From Nitrospinota bacterium (GTDB taxonomy: Bacteria; Nitrospinota_A; UBA7883; JADGGD01), in the NCBI GenBank assembly GCA_942491805.1, contig CALOCG010000031.1, positions 20,514 to 84,513 on the forward strand: DNA of 64,000 nucleotides. Direction: 5' to 3'. Position numbers and translations under genes: made by a program. How positions within the stretch are numbered: position 1 is the stretch's first letter; every line of letters starts with the position of its first letter. Shown piece after piece: positions 57,791 through 64,000 of this stretch. The notes below the pieces were generated by a model. It did no database searches and had not been told where the DNA came from. It saw only the letters and a list, made by a program, of their open reading frames with translations.

Positions 57791-58665
57791 GTTTCGATCC
57801 GAAGGGACCAATCCTGTTTCTTTCGCGCGGTCATTCCGGGACGGCGGCTGTTACGCGATTGCTTATGGCGGCTGGAATCGACATGGGGGATCCGAACGAT
57901 GCGGAGGTTTTGAATCGGACCTGCGATTCGCTCCCCTTCACCTACCGATTCCAGAGAGAGATTCTTCCTGGACGGTTTACTGTTGGGAGTGGAGCGCTGG
58001 CGAAGTTCGATGAGTCGTTGCACGCTGTCGGTGTGTCGTGCGTCTCAGACCACCTGAAGGGGCGTGAACCCGATAGGTGGGGGTTCAAGACATGTGATGG
58101 CATGTTCTCCCACGAGTACTATCGCGCTCTTTTTCCCCGGGCCAAGTTTGTTTATCTGGTACGGGACGGCCGCGACGTCATCCTCTCTGGCAACGGCTAT
58201 TTCCAGATGACCAACCCTTCGTCGCGCGGGCTCCATTGGGACTATTTTTGGATACTTACCTTCGGACTCTCTGACGACGCCTCGCGGGCGCCCTTCGAAA
58301 TACCGGCCAGTCCCCGCTCCGAAGATGATGTGATCCGTCACCGGTATTGGATTCAGGCCAAGTCGTGGATTGAGCATGTGCGAATGGTCGAGGCGTTGAG
58401 GAACGAGCGACGGTTGGCGCCCGACACCTTGTTTGTTCGTTACGAAGACTTGTGCCAAGAACCGGAAAAAGAGGTCGCTCGATTACTCGATTTCCTCGAA
58501 ATGCCGATGGTCGATGGCGTCCGGCGATATTTCGAGACCGAGCTCCATGCCGACTCCATTGGAAAGTGGAGACGGTATCATCGATACATCAATGGCTCAG
58601 AGGAATCGATGGCCGAAGTCTTCGCTCTCATGGAGCCGGAGCTTCGCCTTTTGGGGTATCTCTGA
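57766..58665 (+). CDS. sulfotransferase family protein
   Basis: PILFLSRGHSGTAAVTRLL (5'-PSB-like) and FVYLVRDGRDVILS (3'-PB-like). The start may be TTG 57787 instead of ATG 57766. Confidence 0.7.
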   Translation: MVWRGGVLSFDPKGPILFLSRGHSGTAAVTRLLMAAGIDMGDPNDAEVLNRTCDSLPFTYRFQREILPGRFTVGSGALAKFDESLHAVGVSCVSDHLKGREPDRWGFKTCDGMFSHEYYRALFPRAKFVYLVRDGRDVILSGNGYFQMTNPSSRGLHWDYFWILTFGLSDDASRAPFEIPASPRSEDDVIRHRYWIQAKSWIEHVRMVEALRNERRLAPDTLFVRYEDLCQEPEKEVARLLDFLEMPMVDGVRRYFETELHADSIGKWRRYHRYINGSEESMAEVFALMEPELRLLGYL

Positions 58666-58676
58666 ACGGAGCGGCG

Positions 58677-59486
58677 TTAGGGGGATTGCGGATCGAGCGC
58701 CGTACGCTCGACAAGAATATTATCTTTTGTCGTGTCGAGGATGGCGCGAGCGGCGACGTTCTTTCGGGGCCCTTTAGGGTTTCCGGTCGCCAGCAGGCTG
58801 ACCTCGTATACTGATCCGAACATCCGTTCCCACGGGGCGGAGTCAAGGGCATAGACCAGATTGGGGCCGATGCGACACAAACGAGAATAACCATGAGTGA
58901 GGAGGATCTTGTTCAGACTCGTTTCGTGTGGGGTGTCGTGGGACTCGATGATGAAAATGCGAGGGTGATGACGAGAGAGGTCGAGTCCGCGAAGAACCTC
59001 TACTTCGTACCCTTCTACATCGATAGAGGCGAAGTCCAAAGAAAGGTCTATATGGTTATCGAGAACAGTGTCAAGACGCCGGACTTCAATGGTCTGCTCG
59101 GTGAAACCTGAAAAATACTCGCCAAAACGAGAGGCGAACCGAGTTTCCTGAGATCGGTCAAGGGTCGAGAGACTGCCCAGAGCGTTGGCGTAGAAAGCCT
59201 GACGGTCGAGGTCCTCCGGGCCAGCGGCCAGATGATACAAAGCGTCATCGGGCCGGTTCTGAGTGAGTAGGGGGTAGAAATCGGCATGCGCCTCCACGCA
59301 GACACCTCTCCATCCTTTTTGGTAGAAATGGAAGGTGTTGCTAAAGTGCATACCGTCGAGGCAACCTACTTCCAGATAACTTCCCTTCCTGTCAATGCCG
59401 AGTAGTTTTTCAACAAGGAAGTCCTCGCCGTTTTGGCTGTAGTATGGAAGGGGAGTTGTCTGAGAATCGCTTTCTTTCGTTTGCAT
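58677..59486 (-). CDS. FkbM-family SAM-dependent methyltransferase
   Basis: YYSQNGEDFLVEKLL...GSYLEVGCLDGMHFSNT...ASIDVEGYEVEVLRGL is the FkbM-type pattern. Confidence 0.7.
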   Translation of the reverse strand: MQTKESDSQTTPLPYYSQNGEDFLVEKLLGIDRKGSYLEVGCLDGMHFSNTFHFYQKGWRGVCVEAHADFYPLLTQNRPDDALYHLAAGPEDLDRQAFYANALGSLSTLDRSQETRFASRFGEYFSGFTEQTIEVRRLDTVLDNHIDLSLDFASIDVEGYEVEVLRGLDLSRHHPRIFIIESHDTPHETSLNKILLTHGYSRLCRIGPNLVYALDSAPWERMFGSVYEVSLLATGNPKGPRKNVAARAILDTTKDNILVERTALDPQSP

Positions 59487-59533
59487 GGCCTCAGTTTATC
59501 ACGAGGCGCTCAACACATATCTCGCCGTGTGTA

Positions 59534-60406
59534 ATGATGAAAAAGAAGATCGGTGTTGATTTCCACCACTGGTGGCCAATCCCCCGGCCTCCGTTGGAGC
59601 ATTTCAGAAGGATGTTCCCCTTCCTTGACGAACGATACCTCTTTGTCTTGACCGATCGACCCGATGTCACCCTCTTTTCATGCTTTGTCAACGGCGTCTG
59701 CCAATCGGTCATGCCCGACCCGGTGGGAACAGGAATGAGCGTCTTTTATACCGGGGAAAACGTTCGTCCTGACATGTCCCGTTGCGACTGGGCGTTTTCC
59801 TTTTGCCATGACATCTCCGATCCGGGCCATATGCGTCTTCCGAACTATGTGGTGCGAATGAGTTGGCAAGGCTATCATTCCGAATCGTTGATTCGGCGAC
59901 CCGACGAACAAGCGTTGAGCGAGGACTTTTCCCGGCGGAAGTTCTGCGCATTCATCCATCGCCATCCGGTCTCTTTTCGTGACGACTTTGTGAAAGAATT
60001 ATCCCGATACAAGCGGGTCGATTGCGGTGGGCCCTGCATGAACAATATCGGACACCATGTAGACGACAAGATCGCCTTTCTCGCCGGATACAAATTCGCC
60101 ATGGCTTTCGAAAACGCCTCGGCCCCCGGCTACACCACGGAGAAGATCGTCGACGCCATGCTCGCCCGCACTGTTCCTCTCTATTGGGGCGATCCGCTGG
60201 TGGCGCATGATTTCAATCCCGCCTCATTCCTGAACTACGCCGACTACGATCACGAACGGGCGTTCATCGAGAAGATTATCGAACTCGATAACGACGATGA
60301 AGCCTATCGCGCCATGGTTCTGGCCCCCTACCTTCACGACAATCGCGTCCCTCCCGTCTTTTCTCAAGAGGCGTTAGAAGAGCGTTGGCGAACGATTTTC
60401 GGTTGA
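59534..60406 (+). CDS. GT10 family alpha-(1,3/4)-fucosyltransferase
   Basis: KFCAFIHRHPVSFRDDFVKELSRYKRVDCGG...YKFAMAFENASAPGYTTEKIVDAMLARTVPLYWGDPLVAHDFNPASF parallels the Helicobacter FucT motifs (YKFNLCFEN..GYGYVTEKI.DAYFS.TIPIYWG.P). Start ATG 59534 (MMKKKIG) avoids overlap with the divergent gene. Confidence 0.85.
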   Translation: MMKKKIGVDFHHWWPIPRPPLEHFRRMFPFLDERYLFVLTDRPDVTLFSCFVNGVCQSVMPDPVGTGMSVFYTGENVRPDMSRCDWAFSFCHDISDPGHMRLPNYVVRMSWQGYHSESLIRRPDEQALSEDFSRRKFCAFIHRHPVSFRDDFVKELSRYKRVDCGGPCMNNIGHHVDDKIAFLAGYKFAMAFENASAPGYTTEKIVDAMLARTVPLYWGDPLVAHDFNPASFLNYADYDHERAFIEKIIELDNDDEAYRAMVLAPYLHDNRVPPVFSQEALEERWRTIFG

Positions 60407-60486
60407 CGTCGGGCGGAGCGAACGCTGGTTCGCGAGTGACATGATATAGAAATAGACTAGACTATAGCTCGCTATCGGGAGGTCGC

Positions 60487-61428
60487 ATGTTCTCATCATC
60501 GAAGATTTTTGTCGCCGGGCGCGGGCTTGTCGGATCGGCCCTCCTCCGGGCGCTTCAACGTATGGGATACGCGAATATCCTCTCCCCAACCCGTCAGGAA
60601 CTTGATCTCACGTCTCAAGCTGATGTGAAGGATTTTTTTGAAGAAGCGTGTCCCGAGTACGTCTTCCTTGCGGCGGCGAAGGTGGGGGGGATAGAGGCCA
60701 ACAACACCCGTCGAGCCGAGTTTATCTACGAAAACCTGATTATCGAGGCCAACGTCATACATCAGGCGCATCTCTCAGGCGTCAAGCGTTTCCTCTTTCT
60801 CGGTAGCTCCTGCATCTACCCGCGCGACGCCGAGCAACCAATGCGCGAGGAGAGCCTCCTCACCGGTCCCTTAGAACAGACCAACGAGCCATATGCGGTC
60901 GCTAAAATGGCCGGGCTGAAGATGTGCGAGTCGTATCGTCGACAACACGGTGACGATTTCTTCTCGGTCATGCCGACCAACCTCTACGGCCCTGGCGACA
61001 ACTACGACCTGAATTCTTCACACGTCCTTCCCGCCCTTCTTCGCAAGGCGCACGAAGCGAAAGTCGCCAACGCTCCGTATCTGGAGGTATGGGGAAGCGG
61101 GCGCCCCCTGCGAGAATTCCTTCACGTCGACGATCTGGCCGACGCCTGCGTATTCCTAATGAACGATCATCGTTCCCATGAGCTTCTGAATGTCGGTTCG
61201 GGGGAGGAGGTATCCATCCGGAAGTTGGCTGAAATTATCTGCTCTGCCGTCGGCTATGACGGAGAACTGCGGTTCGACCCTTCCCGTCCCGATGGGGCTC
61301 CCCGGAAACTGCTTGATACACGTCGTTTGGCCGACCTCGGGTGGACGCATAAGATCGATCTGACGGAAGGTATCGCCGCAACCTACGTCGACTTCCTGAT
61401 GAGACTTGAGGAAGGAACGCTTCGGTAA
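60487..61428 (+). CDS. fcl: GDP-L-fucose synthase (GDP-4-keto-6-deoxymannose 3,5-epimerase/4-reductase)
   Basis: 313 aa. IFVAGRGLVGSAL, FLAAAKVGGIEANN, LGSSCIYP, NEPYAVAKMAG and PTNLYGPGDN are typical Fcl/WcaG motifs. Confidence 0.95.
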   Translation: MFSSSKIFVAGRGLVGSALLRALQRMGYANILSPTRQELDLTSQADVKDFFEEACPEYVFLAAAKVGGIEANNTRRAEFIYENLIIEANVIHQAHLSGVKRFLFLGSSCIYPRDAEQPMREESLLTGPLEQTNEPYAVAKMAGLKMCESYRRQHGDDFFSVMPTNLYGPGDNYDLNSSHVLPALLRKAHEAKVANAPYLEVWGSGRPLREFLHVDDLADACVFLMNDHRSHELLNVGSGEEVSIRKLAEIICSAVGYDGELRFDPSRPDGAPRKLLDTRRLADLGWTHKIDLTEGIAATYVDFLMRLEEGTLR

Positions 61429-61438
61429 ATGGTTTGGC

Positions 61439-62128
61439 CTACTTCTCGATGAGCGCCACTAGTGAGTGGGGGGCGTTCAACTGGTGGTCGATGACCTTTA
61501 GTCCGATGGAATTGATCAGCGTGACGAGGCTATGCCGCGTGAACATCCACCAGTAGGGACCGTATCGGTGGGGGCCGTCGTAATTGAAGGGGGTGGAGAT
61601 GCCCACCGCCGTCCCACTCCCGACGTTCTCAGCGAAGTAGCGAGCGAGGACCAGCCGTTCCGCCTCTGACAGGGCGGGGACAAATAGAGCTCCCGAATCG
61701 GGAAAATCGAATCGTCCTGCGTCGTTTTCGATATGAGTAGGGACGATGAAACTTTGGAGAATGAGCCGCTCGTTAGTCATCCGGGAAAGATTGTGGATGA
61801 GGCGTGGTGGGTCGTAGTGATGATAGAGGACTCCCGAACAATGGACCACATCGAAGGCAAGACCCTCATGGTCCCGGTCGATAGTGGTCAAATCGGCCGA
61901 TACGCTACCGTATTCAGATATCCCTTTGTCCTTCATCCGTTCGTGGAACTTCTCCCACCAGACATCGTCAGGCTTTTGCACATCAATCATCGTCGCATGA
62001 GAGGCTCCGGCGGCTAGCCCGACGGAAATCTTTTCGTTAACGGTGTTCCACAAGCCCCCAACGTCGGCGAAGGTCTTGCCGGGAACGGACCGATGAATGA
62101 ACTCGTTGCGGTAGTCGATCTTTTGCAC
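61439..62128 (-). CDS. class I SAM-dependent methyltransferase
   Basis: GTG start. TFADVGGLWN...ATMIDV (motif I / acidic loop) and FDVVHCSGVLYHHYDPPRLIHNL. Confidence 0.6.
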   Translation of the reverse strand: MQKIDYRNEFIHRSVPGKTFADVGGLWNTVNEKISVGLAAGASHATMIDVQKPDDVWWEKFHERMKDKGISEYGSVSADLTTIDRDHEGLAFDVVHCSGVLYHHYDPPRLIHNLSRMTNERLILQSFIVPTHIENDAGRFDFPDSGALFVPALSEAERLVLARYFAENVGSGTAVGISTPFNYDGPHRYGPYWWMFTRHSLVTLINSIGLKVIDHQLNAPHSLVALIEK

Positions 62129-62413
62129 GTGATCCTTGGCGCTGATAAATGAATAGTATGGGGAATCCCTCGCTTGCTCGGCTCAGCCAAAACCCCCTCA
62201 TCCTAGGTCTTTTTGATGCGTTTGGCAATTACCTTAAAAGGTTCCCTCTCATCAAGAAGGGGATTCATTCACTTCGCTGAAACAGACGAGACTAGAGAAA
62301 TATTCCGTCAATTGCGGGCATCTGTCAGACGCAGTTACGTATTGCAATACATGCGCTATCCCTCATAATGAGCAGAGGATTCGCATTATTGAACGACATC
62401 GGTTCTTTCCGAA

Positions 62414-63850
62414 ATGACCAAACCAAAAATATCACTTGTCCATTGCCCAAAATGGGACGTTCGTTGTCCACCCTACTGGGCGGCTCTTTTGGCAGGCAAC
62501 TTGCGCTCGCGGGGATATGAGGTCTCACAGAAAGATTGCGATATTGAAATGTATCACCTTGTCGAGGCGGACGAACGAAAGCTTTGGGGGATGGACGTCC
62601 TAAACTTTTGGGGTGGTGTTGCAAGTGAGGAAGGTAATCTTAATGGCTTTCTCAAGAAATACGAGTCGGTTCTGGACCGGTTTGTAGATGAGATATTGGA
62701 AGAAAAACCTGACATCGTCGGTTTCAGCATTCGTCCCGGCACCAGAATCTTCTCAAGGCAATTGGCGAAACGTCTCAAGGCAAAAGCCACCGACGTCTAC
62801 ATAATATTTGGAAGTATTTCCGCGATTCATGAGCATGGACCGCAAGACCTGCCGTTTGTCGACGCCCTTTCCGTGGGAGAAGCCGATGAATCGTTTCCGA
62901 AGTTCTTGGAAGGATATGCGGTTGACGGGAGTTGGCCACAGCCAACGCCCGGTTTTACCTATCGGAAGAGGGATGGAAGTGTCGTCGAATGTGGCCCCGT
63001 TGAAGATATCCCGGCGCTTGATGGTTTGCCGCATGCCGATTTTTCAGACTATGACTTTACTCGTTATCTTCGGGCGCATACCGTTCCGCTAATGTTTTCA
63101 CGAGGCTGTGTCTACAAGTGCAGTTTTTGTTCGGCTTTCGGTAAATACATGCGATATCGGACGATCGACGTCGATGTCGTCGCCGAGAACGTTAAACGAG
63201 TTCTAGAAACTACCAATGCTCAACGCCCTCTCTGTGTTATGGCCACCGACCAATTGCTCAACGGCAATTTAAAACAATTATTGAAACTGAGCCAGAAGTT
63301 GTCAATGCTTTCTGAAAACATAAAGTGGGAAGGGATGTTGAGCCTGAGAGCGGAGATGACCTATGATTACTTGGCCACTCTGTGCCGTTCTGGCCTTGTA
63401 AGCGTATTTGTCGGCATGGAGTCCGCTAGCGAGGCGGTGTTGAAAAGAATGGGGAAACGAACGAAAGTTGATGAGTCTGAACGGATCATCAAGACCTTTT
63501 GGGAGATGGGGGTGCTGGTCCATTTATCGCTGGTTATCGGCCATCCGGGAGAAACCGAAGCTGAGTTCGAAAAGACGTACGAATTTTGTCAACGGATAAA
63601 AAAATACGTATCGGGTATTTCGGCCTCTCCGCTTAGTTTGGGCGATCCTGACTCTGGCATCGTTAAGAATCCGGAAAAGTATGGCGTGAATCTCACCCAC
63701 CCTATCCATTGGATCGCCGACGAAGGGGCCAATACGTTTTCGATACGGCAGGAAAGGACCCAAAGAATCCGCAATATTGTTGCAGAGACAGACTGGAAGG
63801 CGATCCATGCGACGACGATTGAAAATCGCAAGCTATTTCATCCGCGTTAG
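62414..63850 (+). CDS. radical SAM protein with N-terminal B12-binding-like domain (class B type)
   Basis: 478 aa. The N-terminal Rossmann-like part (ISLVHCPKW...DIVGFSIRPGT) is followed by MFSRGCVYKCSFCSAF (CxxxCxxC). Visibly AT-richer than the locus average. The B12 domain call is tentative. Confidence 0.7.
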   Translation: MTKPKISLVHCPKWDVRCPPYWAALLAGNLRSRGYEVSQKDCDIEMYHLVEADERKLWGMDVLNFWGGVASEEGNLNGFLKKYESVLDRFVDEILEEKPDIVGFSIRPGTRIFSRQLAKRLKAKATDVYIIFGSISAIHEHGPQDLPFVDALSVGEADESFPKFLEGYAVDGSWPQPTPGFTYRKRDGSVVECGPVEDIPALDGLPHADFSDYDFTRYLRAHTVPLMFSRGCVYKCSFCSAFGKYMRYRTIDVDVVAENVKRVLETTNAQRPLCVMATDQLLNGNLKQLLKLSQKLSMLSENIKWEGMLSLRAEMTYDYLATLCRSGLVSVFVGMESASEAVLKRMGKRTKVDESERIIKTFWEMGVLVHLSLVIGHPGETEAEFEKTYEFCQRIKKYVSGISASPLSLGDPDSGIVKNPEKYGVNLTHPIHWIADEGANTFSIRQERTQRIRNIVAETDWKAIHATTIENRKLFHPR

Positions 63851-64000
63851 TCTGAAAGGTAGGATATTTCCGCAGGGGTAGCGTCGTTCCGCTCGAAGCG
63901 ATGAGCGCAAGGAGGCTGTGGCGGTCCTTCGTATTTAAACGGCGCTGAGACACTTATCGCTTGCGACTCTCCCTTGCGACGCGCACGGGGCGACGTTATG

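Noticed and set aside
62149-62280. 43-codon plus-strand ORF (MNSMGNPSLARLSQNPLILGLFDAFGNYLKRFPLIKKGIHSLR) upstream of the B12-type radical SAM gene, considered as a RiPP precursor
   Set aside because: There is no convincing ribosome-binding site. It overlaps the promoter/5' region of the divergent methyltransferase gene, has no Cys/Ser/Thr-rich core or leader-like motif, and conservation cannot be assessed here.
1-64000. Search for mobile-element hallmarks (integrase, transposase, IS inverted repeats, prophage genes), rRNA genes and CRISPR arrays
   Set aside because: None recognised in any frame. The only acquisition signals are compositional: the 3283-4261 island and AT-richer patches in the glycan locus.

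Overview
G+C-rich bacterial chromosomal segment. The taxon cannot be determined without a database search. Gene content (sigma-54 regulator, small c-type cytochromes, glutamate decarboxylase, many TPR proteins) would suit an acid-tolerant chemolithotroph, but that is a guess. Positions 1-40.8 kb are mostly core genes: uvrC, nth, prfB (with its classical programmed +1 frameshift), tRNA-Thr(CGU), glutamate decarboxylase, a GAF/sigma-54 activator, cbpA-like J-protein, lpxB, recG, a HlyD/ABC-2 exporter, valS and a two-component pair. Several less ordinary items are interspersed: a visibly AT-rich single-gene island encoding an Mrr-like PD-(D/E)xK nuclease; two tandem TPR + class III cyclase paralogues; two FHA proteins; two tandem near-identical cytochrome c genes; and an operon of FlgO/TolB-N-like lipoproteins plus a PEGA protein behind a sigma-54-type promoter. 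Positions 40.9-63.9 kb form one dense glycan-tailoring locus. It holds UDP-sulfoquinovose synthase, GDP-fucose synthase, a GT10 fucosyltransferase, several GT2/GT4 enzymes (two fused to TPR or other modules), two sulfotransferase domains, three SAM methyltransferases, two radical SAM enzymes, a stand-alone RapZ C-terminal-like domain and a giant NHL/TPR protein. This locus is the best candidate for an undescribed system. About a dozen conserved genes are interrupted by single-base frame changes, mostly in G/C homopolymers, and one carries an in-frame TAA. This looks more like assembly error than decay. A roughly 119-nt hairpin-containing repeat occurs twice. I saw no rRNA, CRISPR array, transposase or integrase. 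All domain calls are by-eye motif recognition, not searches.
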